From a virus (lineage: Duplodnaviria; Caudoviricetes): a stretch of 64,000 nucleotides of DNA. A program made the translations under genes and the position numbers. Location of the stretch: positions 32,001 through 96,000 of IMG/VR virus record IMGVR_UViG_3300037067_002413; one strand, given 5' to 3'. Shown here in pieces: positions 10,312 through 20,786 of the stretch (positions are counted from its first letter, which is position 1; the number at the start of each line of letters is the position of its first letter). A model generated the notes under the pieces. The model made no database searches. It worked only from the letters and a program-made list of their open reading frames with translations, and was not told the origin of the DNA.

Positions 10312-11343
10312 ATGGCTTTATTGTGGGTAGATGGTTTTGATTATTATGGCAATACAGTGCTTAGCGGTGTAAACCCAAATATAATCCTAGATATGAAGTA
10401 TCCGACCAGGAATGGTACAAGCAACATGCTTGTTCAATCGCCTCGGGTTGGAGGCGGCCACTCACTACGAAATTATAATAATCAAAGCTGGATCGACCCT
10501 GGCGCGTTGACCACTGATCGAACTACTATTTTGGGTTTAGCGTTCAAGATCAGTGAAGACGCATCGGACCATTATCTATTTGGAATCGTCGATGTCGATA
10601 ATCATGGAACGAAGCTGCACATGACGCCAGCAGGGGAGTTCGCTGTTTTCTTAAATGAGGATGTGGCTTATACCACATCTGGTTTGGGACTTGTGAAGAA
10701 CACTTGGTATTACATGGAGTTGAAGGTTTACGTTCATTCAACTGCTGGCACAATTGAACTCAGAATTGACGGTGATACGGTATTAACAGAAACAGGCGTC
10801 AACACCAAAACAGGTTCTAACGATTACAATTCGGAATTCTCTCTTGGCGGTCACTATATGTACTGCCACGCTGATTATGATGACTTGTATTTTCTTGACG
10901 GTACTGGTTCCACCAATAATGATTTTTTAGGCATCGTTCGAGTTGTTTCCATCTTGCCGAATGCTGCTGGAGATTCTACCCAGTTTACTCCAAGTGTTGG
11001 TGACAATTATTCGTGTGTCAATGAAGAAGTAACCAGCGGCGACACTTATGTTACAAGCGCAACGAGTGGCAACCTTGATCTCTACAACTATACTGATCTT
11101 TCTGGAATTACGACAGGCATCCTGGGTATTCAGATCAATACAGACCTTGGCCTAACGGATGGAACTCCTTTCGGTTTGATTACGGAATGCAAATCAAATG
11201 GGGTGACGAGCGACGATTCTGCACAGACGGTCTCCGGCAGTTGGTATACTAAAAAGCGTGTCATGCAATTGAATCCTGATGGTTCAGTTGCATGGACTCC
11301 AACTACAATAAACGCCGCTCAATTTGGCATAAAGGTAGGGTAG
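10312..11343 (+). CDS. Minor tail / receptor-binding protein with lectin-like (LamG/ConA-type) domain
   Basis: ATG 10312 after GGAGG; MALLWVDGFD, NTWYYMELKV...GTIELRIDG, YDDLYFLDGTG motifs. Confidence 0.6.
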   Translation: MALLWVDGFDYYGNTVLSGVNPNIILDMKYPTRNGTSNMLVQSPRVGGGHSLRNYNNQSWIDPGALTTDRTTILGLAFKISEDASDHYLFGIVDVDNHGTKLHMTPAGEFAVFLNEDVAYTTSGLGLVKNTWYYMELKVYVHSTAGTIELRIDGDTVLTETGVNTKTGSNDYNSEFSLGGHYMYCHADYDDLYFLDGTGSTNNDFLGIVRVVSILPNAAGDSTQFTPSVGDNYSCVNEEVTSGDTYVTSATSGNLDLYNYTDLSGITTGILGIQINTDLGLTDGTPFGLITECKSNGVTSDDSAQTVSGSWYTKKRVMQLNPDGSVAWTPTTINAAQFGIKVG

Positions 11344-11347
11344 TTGC

Positions 11348-12457
11348 ATGTCGCTTCTTGTTACTCGCCAGTATGTGGAGGTATTGGTTTCTCCTACGGG
11401 TGGAGCACAGACCTACGAAGTATCGGTCACCAGCACTCTTGCATTTAGCGAAACAAACGGAATAGCTAAAGCGGCATCGGTTACGGATAGCCTGGAGTTT
11501 GTTGATGAAGCAATAGGTGCTGCTTCCAAAGTAGTCAAAGATACGTTGGCGTTGACTGACAGTGCCTCGTGCGTTCGTATAATTTCTAATACGCATCTTT
11601 TTGATACATTGGCATTTACAGATTCCGCCGAATGGTTGGGTCCTCATTATTTTCAACTAAAGCATGTCCTTCCGTTTGTGGAAGACCCTTATGGTCACCT
11701 ATCTGTAATCAACCTTTCGGTAAACGATTTGCTTGTGTTCGTCGAGAGTATGCCCAAGGTTTTCGAGGTATCGGTAACCGATACGTTGATTCTTGGTTCG
11801 GTTGGAATTAAGAAAGATGCTGTAACCAGCACGATGGCTCTTACCGAAACGATAAATGCCGGTAAGGGTAAAGACGTGACAGATGCGTTGGCATTAACGG
11901 AGACCGTCGATTTGCTTGGAATGTTTTGGCGCACGGTCAGTCATAATCTTGGGTTGGTGAATTCTGCTGCGTTTCAATTTACAAGTTTGTCGTGTGCCAA
12001 AAAACAATTTCAACCCCAGGTTGGCTTTACGACCGATACCGGCGTCCTGGTTCCCAGCGGTATAGTTCCAAGTCTTCCGGGCGGAATTTTGACACTTACA
12101 TTCCCATACGTTTCGCCTACAACGACGCTCGTTCTTCGGAATCCTGAATTTGGAAATAAGGACAGCCTGAACTTCAATCGAATCAACCGGACGACTCGCG
12201 GCGGTGAGTTGATCGTTTATTCTGACCCCCAATGGCCAAAGACACAGAAGTTGGCATTGGAGGTTCGGTCACTTGTTCCATCGCAAGCGGCTAATCTTTT
12301 GACGTTCTTTGACCAGTCGTTAGGATTGGAGATTGGATTGCTGGACCAAGAAGGTCGGCAATGGCGTGGAATTATTACAAATCCTGATACGCCGATCATT
12401 AACCCGGAACGTGGCGACTACGCTGTGTCCTTTGAATTCGAGGGCGTCTTATGTTAA
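11348..12457 (+). CDS. Tail protein with V.DTL.LT.S repeats and distal-tail-like C-terminus
   Basis: Repeated VTDSLEF/VKDTLAL/VTDTLIL motifs; position. Confidence 0.55.
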   Translation: MSLLVTRQYVEVLVSPTGGAQTYEVSVTSTLAFSETNGIAKAASVTDSLEFVDEAIGAASKVVKDTLALTDSASCVRIISNTHLFDTLAFTDSAEWLGPHYFQLKHVLPFVEDPYGHLSVINLSVNDLLVFVESMPKVFEVSVTDTLILGSVGIKKDAVTSTMALTETINAGKGKDVTDALALTETVDLLGMFWRTVSHNLGLVNSAAFQFTSLSCAKKQFQPQVGFTTDTGVLVPSGIVPSLPGGILTLTFPYVSPTTTLVLRNPEFGNKDSLNFNRINRTTRGGELIVYSDPQWPKTQKLALEVRSLVPSQAANLLTFFDQSLGLEIGLLDQEGRQWRGIITNPDTPIINPERGDYAVSFEFEGVLC

Positions 12458-12861
12458 TGCTTCAAGCTCCTCTTCCTGGATTGGTTGCGACGACTGTATT
12501 GCCTAATCCGCAATTCAATGATTCCCATCTGAAACAGCATAGTGTGACGATCAAACGTGCGATGGATGGAACTTGTTACACCCATGTTCAGACAACGGAC
12601 GGTCGCCATAAATTGACCTACGAAATCAGAATGTCTCGAATGAAGGCACTCGAATTGCGAGGATTCATCACAGCCTATTTCTCCTCGCAGATGCGTTTGA
12701 CGAATCATAAAGGCGAGATATGGCGCGTGTGGTTGGTTAGTAACCCATTTGAGTTTAACACCGCCGAACGGGCCGATGGGCAACCGGGAAACGAATTCGT
12801 TGTAATTACTATTGAGTGCGAGGGGTTTTTGATTTCAGCCCCGGCCTTACCTAGCTGCTAG
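12451..12861 (+). CDS. Distal-tail-like protein
   Basis: Resembles the C-terminal domain of the preceding ORF (LPNPQFND vs LRNPEFGN; GEIWRV vs GRQWRG); precedes tail tip gene. Confidence 0.5.
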   Translation: MLMLQAPLPGLVATTVLPNPQFNDSHLKQHSVTIKRAMDGTCYTHVQTTDGRHKLTYEIRMSRMKALELRGFITAYFSSQMRLTNHKGEIWRVWLVSNPFEFNTAERADGQPGNEFVVITIECEGFLISAPALPSC

Positions 12862-12874
12862 TGGAGTTCTACAG

Positions 12875-15800
12875 ATGCGAGACGTTACTGCTGCCCAAAC
12901 GACGCTGAACACCCAGTATGGAACTGAACCTATTATCATCGTGGAGATTCAGTGGAGCGACGGTCTAAATCGTATTGCCTATGCTGATCGAAAGATCGTG
13001 GTTGGCGGCGTTACCGTAGTGAACGGGCAAATTGTAGACATCGGAAGTATTGACTCGGCGGCCAAGGTGGACGGAACCTCCGATTCCAGTCAGGTTCAAT
13101 TGACATTGGAAGATACGGGCGGCACGATCAAGACACTCTGCGATTCTCTTAATCTCCATAAGAGGCCGGTTTGGGTCTACCAATGGTTTCAAGGTCTTGC
13201 TCTGGCCGACAAGTTTCTTTTATTCCAGGGAGAAATCAACAGTCCATTCATCTGGAATGAAGGTGATCGAACCGTAACCTTTGATGTGACCACAAAGATC
13301 GAGGACGTGGAAGCAGGGTTCTCGATGGAGGAGGGCGATTTTCCCCTCGTTCCTCCAGACGCTCTAGGCAAGGCTTGGCCGTTGGCTTTCGGTTCGGTGT
13401 GCGATATTCAAGCGGTTCAAGTACGTGCCCCCCGGTCTGGGACTCTCGTCTCGGGTGAGGGCATCCACGATTACACCCTCGAATCTCGTATTTGCCAGTC
13501 ACGTTACATCCAATGCGCAAATGTTCCTCTTGGAGAAGCGGAGTATATTGACCCGAGTACGCAATTCAATTATGACGATGAGGGTTTAGTTGTTATCGTA
13601 GCTAAAAAGTTAGATACTTGGGGTCCAGATCAATCATGCGTTGAGTCTCGTTTCTTTTCCATCTGCGACCTGATGTATCAGTTGGAACAACAGGAAGCCT
13701 ACGAACATCCTACGATGACCATCAACGATGGAAATCGTTTGTTTCCACAGAATGAAACGATTACGCTGAACATCGAGGGCGGACTATTCACAGGTCATTT
13801 TGTCGGCGACGTATTCCATATTGATTACCGTAAACATCCCGACTACGACTTGAATCCGCCGACAAAATGTGGGCCGATTGCTGATCGGTACTTTGCGGTT
13901 ACAGGTGTACTGGATCAATCAGACTGGGTACGAACGGAATCTGGGTCGGCTTGGTATGATGCTTCGGTTTACAACGGCTCATCTGGTGGCGTAGATATTG
14001 ATCCGAGAGAAGTTCACGATTTCTGTAATACGACAACCCAAACGGGAACCGGCCGAGCATCCGAAGGCGGACCTGCCGATTCTCAAAAGGCTCTCGATGA
14101 CATGATAACGAGTTCCTTCTTCTGGGCAAGAGCCGGAAGCAAGGTCTACATGGAAGATGAGGCCGAGGTACTCTATATTGTGAATTTGTTGCCTTGCACG
14201 ATTACTCGTGTGGCTGCAATGAAAACGGTTAATGGCATATCCAAACTTATTTCCGTTCCGTCCAGTTTTTATACGATCTATGAAACAGACTACGATGGGT
14301 ATACGGTAACCGAAATTGGGATGACGAAACCATTAAGCGAACGATCGGAAGTCATCACTGAACTTGACGGCACAAAACGAACGGTTTCCTCAAATTGGTC
14401 CGACGAACTTTATGTTTCGGTAACATCTTCGATTGGTCCAAATCCTGTAAACATTATCGCTTGGCTTCTTGGTAAATACACATCGTTATCCGTAGACACA
14501 GCATCCTTTCTTCATGTCTATAATCGGCTTCTGAACTATCCGTCCAATTTCGTTCTTATGGAACGTAAGAACGTGATGCAACTCGTCGAGGACATCGCTT
14601 ACCAAAGCAGGTGTGTTGTTTACGTTCGAGATGGCATAGCGTTTATAAAGTATCTTTCGGAGGAGCCGACCTCTGCCGCCACTATTTCGGCGAGCGACGT
14701 ATTGGCCAATACGCTTAAAATCACATTAAGCAGCACTGACGACGTGGCTACAAAGCATGTCATCAGTTGGTCACGTAGTCAGTCCGAAGGAGACTTGAAC
14801 CTCATACTCAAGCATAATGTTGCTAAGTATGGAACTCACGATAAGAGCACATCTTACTACACGCAAAACATCTATGATAATGTTCTCAAGAGCGCAACAT
14901 TCTGGATGATTCGAGACGCCAATGTTTGGAAGCAGGTGGAATTTTCCACTCCCATCAAACATCTAGCCCTTGAAGTGTTTGATTGTGTTACACTCGACTT
15001 GCCTGACGTGGCTCCCGCGCCAGTAAAAGCCATCATCACGTCAATGGCGTATGACGTAGGTGCTCAAGAAATCGCGTTCATTTGTTGGACGCCTATCAAG
15101 GCTGGTCAGAATACGCCGTATACCTTCGCGTGGCCCGCTGATATTCCGGCAGGAACGTCATTTCCGCCAGACGAAGAACGACTTGCCGGACTTGGTTACA
15201 ATTTCGTAGTTGCCCCGCCGGACGGTCATTTGCTATACGTCGCGCCGGAGGATAACGGTCTACCGAAATTGACTCTAACATCCGGTGACCCTAGTCCTTC
15301 TGATCTTGATGATACTCTGGCAACGTGTTTCTGTCCAACGGCCGATGATGCCGTGGTAGAAGAAGTTGACCCGGTGTTTAATGCCTTGAAGAAGGCACAA
15401 AAGGCAAATCAGGACGCTCAGCAAAACTTAATTGATACGCCCTTAGTTGTTGACTCAATCGTAGCGGCAGGAAGTGGTGGTGGTAGCGGCGGCAGTTCCA
15501 AAGACAAAGACAAAAAGCCGACTGGTTCGTGCGATTGCGTTATTGATCCATCCCAGCCGGATCACGATTGCAAGTGCATTGTCAAGGTCATGTACTCCAC
15601 ACCTGATTTAGTTGGTCCAGGTTGTCACGGACCATGCAATTGTAAAGATAAAGGCATGAACTGCGCGTCGGACTTGTTTACCTATTGCTATACGATGGGT
15701 GATAACGCTAGTGCAATATCAATGAAAAGTCACCTAGATTATGACAGTTGGGCGCGGGGTTGCAGTTGGACATGCGGAGGGACAGCACCACTAATGACAA

Positions 15801-15886
15801 GTGTCACTTGCTGTGGAACTTGTGCCTCAATGCCAACAGACCCACCTGGTCCCAAAGGCCAGGTCAAAGAACCAAAGCAACAATAG
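12875..15886 (+). CDS. Baseplate hub / tail tip protein with Cys-rich C-terminal domain
   Basis: 1003 aa; GKAWPLAFGSV and NPVNIIAWLL hub motifs; last large tail gene. Confidence 0.75.
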   Translation: MRDVTAAQTTLNTQYGTEPIIIVEIQWSDGLNRIAYADRKIVVGGVTVVNGQIVDIGSIDSAAKVDGTSDSSQVQLTLEDTGGTIKTLCDSLNLHKRPVWVYQWFQGLALADKFLLFQGEINSPFIWNEGDRTVTFDVTTKIEDVEAGFSMEEGDFPLVPPDALGKAWPLAFGSVCDIQAVQVRAPRSGTLVSGEGIHDYTLESRICQSRYIQCANVPLGEAEYIDPSTQFNYDDEGLVVIVAKKLDTWGPDQSCVESRFFSICDLMYQLEQQEAYEHPTMTINDGNRLFPQNETITLNIEGGLFTGHFVGDVFHIDYRKHPDYDLNPPTKCGPIADRYFAVTGVLDQSDWVRTESGSAWYDASVYNGSSGGVDIDPREVHDFCNTTTQTGTGRASEGGPADSQKALDDMITSSFFWARAGSKVYMEDEAEVLYIVNLLPCTITRVAAMKTVNGISKLISVPSSFYTIYETDYDGYTVTEIGMTKPLSERSEVITELDGTKRTVSSNWSDELYVSVTSSIGPNPVNIIAWLLGKYTSLSVDTASFLHVYNRLLNYPSNFVLMERKNVMQLVEDIAYQSRCVVYVRDGIAFIKYLSEEPTSAATISASDVLANTLKITLSSTDDVATKHVISWSRSQSEGDLNLILKHNVAKYGTHDKSTSYYTQNIYDNVLKSATFWMIRDANVWKQVEFSTPIKHLALEVFDCVTLDLPDVAPAPVKAIITSMAYDVGAQEIAFICWTPIKAGQNTPYTFAWPADIPAGTSFPPDEERLAGLGYNFVVAPPDGHLLYVAPEDNGLPKLTLTSGDPSPSDLDDTLATCFCPTADDAVVEEVDPVFNALKKAQKANQDAQQNLIDTPLVVDSIVAAGSGGGSGGSSKDKDKKPTGSCDCVIDPSQPDHDCKCIVKVMYSTPDLVGPGCHGPCNCKDKGMNCASDLFTYCYTMGDNASAISMKSHLDYDSWARGCSWTCGGTAPLMTSVTCCGTCASMPTDPPGPKGQVKEPKQQ

Positions 15887-15894
15887 AGGACTAT

Positions 15895-16356
15895 ATGATT
15901 TGTAATAATCACAACCAAGTCGTAATCCGCAAGAAGGACGGCGATCGAAGAACGATCATTCGATGCGCGGATGTTGGAAGTCCCTATTTTACGAAAGAGG
16001 TCACGGATGACCAATGCGGGCAATGTCCACGGCATTTGGAAGCCGTGGAAGCGGCTGCCCGATTGACAGCCAAATGTTCATCACGAGATTCGGAACCAGT
16101 TCCTACGACGCCGAGTCTCGCTCGTCGCAGTTTGACTTATGCCGAGGCGGTGGCTGGCTGGGTTAAGTCTGGGCGACCGGAACGGACTGACGAGGAGACC
16201 CAACGTATTTTCACGGACCATTGCTCGAAATGCGGTTGGTATGATCGAGATCAACAAATATGCCGTGGATGCGGTTGTAAGGTGAGCGGCATAGGGCACG
16301 CTATCTTCAACAAGATCAAGATGGGAACTCAACATTGTCCACGGAAACTTTGGTAA
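15895..16356 (+). CDS. Cys-rich metal-binding protein
   Basis: ATG 15895 after GAGGA; CGQC, CSKC, CRGCGC, HCPRKLW. Confidence 0.6.
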   Translation: MICNNHNQVVIRKKDGDRRTIIRCADVGSPYFTKEVTDDQCGQCPRHLEAVEAAARLTAKCSSRDSEPVPTTPSLARRSLTYAEAVAGWVKSGRPERTDEETQRIFTDHCSKCGWYDRDQQICRGCGCKVSGIGHAIFNKIKMGTQHCPRKLW

Positions 16357-16365
16357 AGGAGAAGC

Positions 16366-16605
16366 ATGGCACGTTTTATTCCAGTCGGTGGCGAACCACA
16401 AGAAGAGAAAGAGATTTTCGACCTTATGGTGCGGTATGCCAATAATGGGAAAAGGGTAACTTTTCTACACCTAGAAGGCGACATGGGAATTGCCTTTCAC
16501 GGTGAAGCACGGGAAATCAACAAGACGGCTACTCAACTGGCCGGCGGTGAGACCGTGTACGGAGACGCTGTTATTTTTCATCGCAGCGAAGCCCCTGCGT
16601 TTTAA
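16366..16605 (+). CDS. Hypothetical protein
   Basis: AGGAGA RBS; tight operon packing. Confidence 0.6.
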   Translation: MARFIPVGGEPQEEKEIFDLMVRYANNGKRVTFLHLEGDMGIAFHGEAREINKTATQLAGGETVYGDAVIFHRSEAPAF

Positions 16606-16629
16606 CTGTTACAAACAAGGATAATTATA

Positions 16630-16806
16630 ATGGCAAAGAAGTGGATTCAGGGTGCGATTAAGCATCCAGGTGCGCTGACTCGCAAGGCGAAGGCCGCCGA
16701 CATGAGCACGTCGGCATTTATGGCTCATCCGCCCAAGGGTATTTCAACGACCACGAAACGTCAGATCGCTTTGGCGAAGACCTTGAAGGGACTTCGCCGG
16801 GGCTAG
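16630..16806 (+). CDS. Small basic phage protein (58 aa, MAKKWIQGAIKHPGAL...); absent from ORF track
   Basis: AAGGA RBS; KWIQ.AIK.PGAL...LAKTL pattern seen in small phage proteins. Confidence 0.7.
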   Translation: MAKKWIQGAIKHPGALTRKAKAADMSTSAFMAHPPKGISTTTKRQIALAKTLKGLRRG

Positions 16807-16811
16807 TGCGC

Positions 16812-16853
16812 AAAAGAAAAGGGTGGTCAGGCCGAAGCCTGACCACCCTTTTT
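16812..16853. terminator. Bidirectional intrinsic terminator between convergent operons
   Basis: AAAAGGGTGGTCAGGC-CGAA-GCCTGACCACCCTTTT. Confidence 0.9.
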
Positions 16854-16867
16854 CGTCTCATCGTTGT

Positions 16868-17485
16868 CTACAGGAGTTCCATCGTCAACATCGCTCGGTA
16901 GCATTCTGCCTCGGCGATCGCATCACAGAGAGCATCGTGCGGACCAGGATTGATGATATTGAAATGTTTGCAGATTGAGCCTAGTCCGACTTTGGGAAAC
17001 GGCGGAGGGACTCCAAGGAATGCTGACTTGTCGTTCATACTAAGTGCAAATAGCATTGCGTCCCGCGCGTGACCGTGGAATAAAGCAGACGACAGTTCGA
17101 CGCCCATCCATGCTTGCAGAAACTTGGACTCAAATGCCCAATTGTGTGCCAACGGAATAAGCGTCTTGCCGAATGGCAAGTCTAGGTTTTCCCACCATTC
17201 GACTAGAAGGTCTTGCACCTTGCCGGCATCCGGCGAGTGAAGGATTAAGTCCTCCATTTTGAGACCGTGGACGTACCCTGCCGCTCCTTGTCGCTCTGGG
17301 TATTCAGGACGAATCGTAGTGTAGAACGGTCGAACGCCCTCCAATGGCCTAATATCCGAATTGAGGGGAACGACAGCAATCTGAATTGGTTCGTGGTAGC
17401 CGGCCTTGAGGCCAGTGGTCTCTAGGTCGATTGCCGCCAGTAGGTTTCCATTCAGATGCACCAAGCCAGAGTAGGTCTTAACCAC
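16868..17485 (-). CDS. DEDDh 3'-5' exonuclease (DnaQ-like)
   Basis: IDLETTGL, AHNWAFE, HDALCDA motifs. Confidence 0.9.
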   Translation of the reverse strand: MVKTYSGLVHLNGNLLAAIDLETTGLKAGYHEPIQIAVVPLNSDIRPLEGVRPFYTTIRPEYPERQGAAGYVHGLKMEDLILHSPDAGKVQDLLVEWWENLDLPFGKTLIPLAHNWAFESKFLQAWMGVELSSALFHGHARDAMLFALSMNDKSAFLGVPPPFPKVGLGSICKHFNIINPGPHDALCDAIAEAECYRAMLTMELL

Positions 17486-17870
17486 GGCGTTTCCTTTTTT
17501 GGATTGGCGAATAGTTGGGCATGTCGTTGAGTTCAGCCGGCAGCACGCCTCGCTCGATCATTTCCTGATAATGGATAATAGCCATCGAGTTGAACATGAT
17601 TGCAGCCAGGTGATCTTCGTCATTCATGCCTTGCTGGAATTTCATTACATGCCGCTTCAATGAGGCAGCACACCTGGAGAAGGGCATTCCCTTTTCCCAG
17701 TTGCGCTCCGCGTACTTGCGAGCACCCATGCGCAACCAGTGACCAAGGCGATCTTCGGCAAATGGCGAAATCAGATCAGGCCGGGACTTATCATCCGACG
17801 TGTCTCGGATTGCCATGTTCTTGCCAAAGGATTGACGTTTGCCGTTGTCTTTCATTTCATACTTACTCAT
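17478..17870 (-). CDS. dATP/dGTP diphosphohydrolase domain protein (DUF5664-like)
   Basis: KSRPDLI...GARKYAERNWEKGM...LKRH...DHLAAIMFN. Confidence 0.8.
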   Translation of the reverse strand: MSKYEMKDNGKRQSFGKNMAIRDTSDDKSRPDLISPFAEDRLGHWLRMGARKYAERNWEKGMPFSRCAASLKRHVMKFQQGMNDEDHLAAIMFNSMAIIHYQEMIERGVLPAELNDMPNYSPIQKRKRRG

Positions 17871-20626
17871 TCGTTACCTCGTTTAATTGATTCTGTTTCC
17901 TCGTTTCGATCCTTTTTTACCAATCGACCATCAATAGTAATCCAGGGTTTTGCGTTCTCGTTCGGAGATTTGTTCTCGAATGAAAGATTGCCAATCATTC
18001 GCTTGTTGAAGTTGTGAGCACCATAAGCGAACCGTTGTTTGATTTCATCGAGCACGAGGCTTTTCTTCCAGTTGTACCGTTTTTCGGGCGGTAACCACAT
18101 AATGAACTTGTCATAGAAAGCGGTGAACTCAATCATCTCTCCGACTATTTGGAAACATTGCTCATTGACAAACGTCTCCAACGGATTACTGTTTATTTCC
18201 TCTGCCCGTTCCTTATTGCGTGTTCGTAATGGAGGTAGACCCATTCGACTGTAAGGAGACGGCAAAGTGAGGTCCATAATGGTTCGCATAAAGTGCGGTG
18301 CTTCCTCCTTGAGCTTCGTAATCAATTCGTTCTTCGGAATCTCTTCACCTGGTTCCAAGTCGGGAACGAACATAACAACGATTCGCGTGTCGCCCGATTC
18401 CAGGTATACGTTTTTGAGTTTGTTTCCTGTTTGGATGAAGTGAAGAGTGTTACGTTGCTTGTAGGCGTCCGTCCGCATTCGGCGAATCCACAGTTCGTCG
18501 TTCGTTGTCCAATCCTTGATTCTGTTGTAGGATTTACCATCGTTTGACGATAGGTCTGTTTCCTCAATGTAGGCCAGGACGCAGTTGGCTAGTTCGCCGT
18601 TAAAGTCATTGCCGCTACTCAAGGCTCGATCAGCCGATGCTACTCCTTTGCTGATAAGTAGACCAAAAGCCTGGTGCAGAATTGATTTTCCGCTGTTTTG
18701 TGCTCCGTAAAGAAACAGGTAGGGCAACGGTTGAAACGGATCGCGTAGAAGAAAGGCAATCCAATAAAGTAGGTAATCTGCGCCGGATTTTAAGTTGTTC
18801 GTCTTGCACCAGTCATCATCCCTAACAACGCCATCCAGGTCTTGACCACAATGACGAAGAACGCTATCCCAATGAGGATGGAACGGCGTTTGGTCATAAT
18901 CCAAATTAGCCGGTGGGAAATTATATTGAGCCGCATCGACGTTCCATTTTCGGTCGCCTGGATATTCCGATTGGAAAGGCACGTTGACTAACTTCCAAGC
19001 CTTGCCGATGGTGCTACCAAGGATCAATTCAACTTGCGGCTTCGGATGACCAAGCGCGACCAGACGCAACTTGACTTTTTCCGTTGAAAATCGTTGCCAC
19101 GTTTTATCCTCAGCATGTAGATACCATCCAGCGTCTTCGTGGGATGGCGTTACCAACTGGCGGATAAGGTGGTCGTTTTCGGCTTGGTCTATTTCGTCTT
19201 GCTTGGTCTCTGTAAGCACGTCGAATAGTTTCACCCATTTATCCGGCTTGCTTATCCATCCTTTGAGCGTCTTGTCTTTTTCACCTGGATTCTTGCTGAT
19301 GTGCATAATCAGCCGGCCGTCTTTATGAGCCTTGAGACGTGCCTTGCGTTTTGATTTGTCATCCAGCAAGGATTTAGGTAGTTTGATTTGTTGACCTAAT
19401 GCCTCGGCCGCCTTGGCCGCTTCGGCAGAGTTATTGAAAATGAAACCGCCATGATCCGGGTCTTCCTGTCCGCCCATTGCCTTGGCGGCGGTTGACAGGT
19501 TTGGTGCGCAGTTGAAGTAGCAGGTGGTCCATCCTTCCTTGTCCTGAGTCCAGGTCTCGTCTTCGCGGATGCCAGGCGAGAATCGGTAGACCTTCCAACC
19601 GCCTTTGTCCAATGGAAACATGAAGCAATTGGGACTCCCCGTGTCTTTACCCTTGGAGTTCGTCTTGAAGATGCCGTTGGCCTTCTTCTGTTCGATCATC
19701 TTCGCCAGCGCGCATGTGTGCGTCTGGAGCAAATGATGGTCGGGAACCCAGATCGTGGAAAAGTCAGAATGGGTGAGTTCGTCCATGAGGTCTTTATGGC
19801 TTTTATCAAGTGGAACGATTTTGCGGGCAGACGTGAGAGCCTCAAACGGGTCAAGGTTCTCGTCCGCTAGTTCAGTCGAGACTCGAACCTTGGATCGTCG
19901 TCGTGTAACGACTTCGATGTGGTCGTGCCAGTTCGATGGCAGGTCGGCTTCCATCAGTGTTTTGTCGGCAGCCTTGAGGAGTTTGAGACCCTCGTTTTGA
20001 GCAGTCATCTTTCGATGCCAAAACCACATATTGGAACCACAGGCGTCGATCTGGCTGGCAAAGTCAAATCCTGTTTCCGAGGACATCATGCCCAGGATGC
20101 AGCGGGCTAATGCGGCATGTTCCGTGTGATTCGACGTGGGGACGCCCGCTTCATCAAAGTATACATATAAATGGATACCGCCGCCGCCCGTGCTACGCCG
20201 GACCTCGACGTAGGGCAGTTTCATGGCGGCCTGTTTGATTCGCTCTAATTCCTCATCACTCACGCCAATGCCCTTGGCATGGCCTGTGATGGCGTCGAAG
20301 TCAAATCCAAACGCTCGACTACGCCTGGCCGACCAATCCCACCCGGTCCACCCAATGGCCTCTACGTGAAGATCGAGCGGCCATTTGAGTTCGTAATCGC
20401 GGAACTCCGGCTCGCCGGCCGCATTCTTGGGAATGCGGATATTGAAATACTCATACTCGCCGTCGTAATAGGTGGAACGCTTTCCGTCTACGGGTTCGCC
20501 GTTATCGGCGGCCACATTGATCTGAGTTTCCATGAAGGGGTTCCAACGATCCAACAATTCTGGGGCGTTGTGTGTCGTCCGGCGGGCGTTGATGAAGTTC
20601 TGAATCGCTTCGGTAACTTTGGGCAT
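17867..20626 (-). CDS. Primase-helicase (prim-pol N-terminus + SF3/D5-like helicase)
   Basis: FDFD and STGGGGIHLY primase motifs; Walker A GAQNSGKS, FNGEL, IEE, TGN. Confidence 0.85.
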   Translation of the reverse strand: MPKVTEAIQNFINARRTTHNAPELLDRWNPFMETQINVAADNGEPVDGKRSTYYDGEYEYFNIRIPKNAAGEPEFRDYELKWPLDLHVEAIGWTGWDWSARRSRAFGFDFDAITGHAKGIGVSDEELERIKQAAMKLPYVEVRRSTGGGGIHLYVYFDEAGVPTSNHTEHAALARCILGMMSSETGFDFASQIDACGSNMWFWHRKMTAQNEGLKLLKAADKTLMEADLPSNWHDHIEVVTRRRSKVRVSTELADENLDPFEALTSARKIVPLDKSHKDLMDELTHSDFSTIWVPDHHLLQTHTCALAKMIEQKKANGIFKTNSKGKDTGSPNCFMFPLDKGGWKVYRFSPGIREDETWTQDKEGWTTCYFNCAPNLSTAAKAMGGQEDPDHGGFIFNNSAEAAKAAEALGQQIKLPKSLLDDKSKRKARLKAHKDGRLIMHISKNPGEKDKTLKGWISKPDKWVKLFDVLTETKQDEIDQAENDHLIRQLVTPSHEDAGWYLHAEDKTWQRFSTEKVKLRLVALGHPKPQVELILGSTIGKAWKLVNVPFQSEYPGDRKWNVDAAQYNFPPANLDYDQTPFHPHWDSVLRHCGQDLDGVVRDDDWCKTNNLKSGADYLLYWIAFLLRDPFQPLPYLFLYGAQNSGKSILHQAFGLLISKGVASADRALSSGNDFNGELANCVLAYIEETDLSSNDGKSYNRIKDWTTNDELWIRRMRTDAYKQRNTLHFIQTGNKLKNVYLESGDTRIVVMFVPDLEPGEEIPKNELITKLKEEAPHFMRTIMDLTLPSPYSRMGLPPLRTRNKERAEEINSNPLETFVNEQCFQIVGEMIEFTAFYDKFIMWLPPEKRYNWKKSLVLDEIKQRFAYGAHNFNKRMIGNLSFENKSPNENAKPWITIDGRLVKKDRNEETESIKRGNE

Positions 20627-20650
20627 GAATTGCTCCTAAGAGGTCTACTA

Positions 20651-20696
20651 TCTTCCTGTGCCTATAAGGTTGCGCAGATTTCAGAAAAATGGTCAT
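20651..20696 (-). promoter_or_regulatory. Leftward copy of divergent regulatory repeat
   Basis: Reverse complement TGACCA-N8-AAATCTGCGCAACCTTATAGG-CACAGGAAGA upstream of primase gene. Confidence 0.65.
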
Positions 20697-20786
20697 CGCC
20701 AGAATGGATTCTCATAGAACCGTGATTTGTAGGGTGGGATTGTAACGCCGCGTCAATCTAAGATTGTTCAAGATTTTTGTGGTTTG

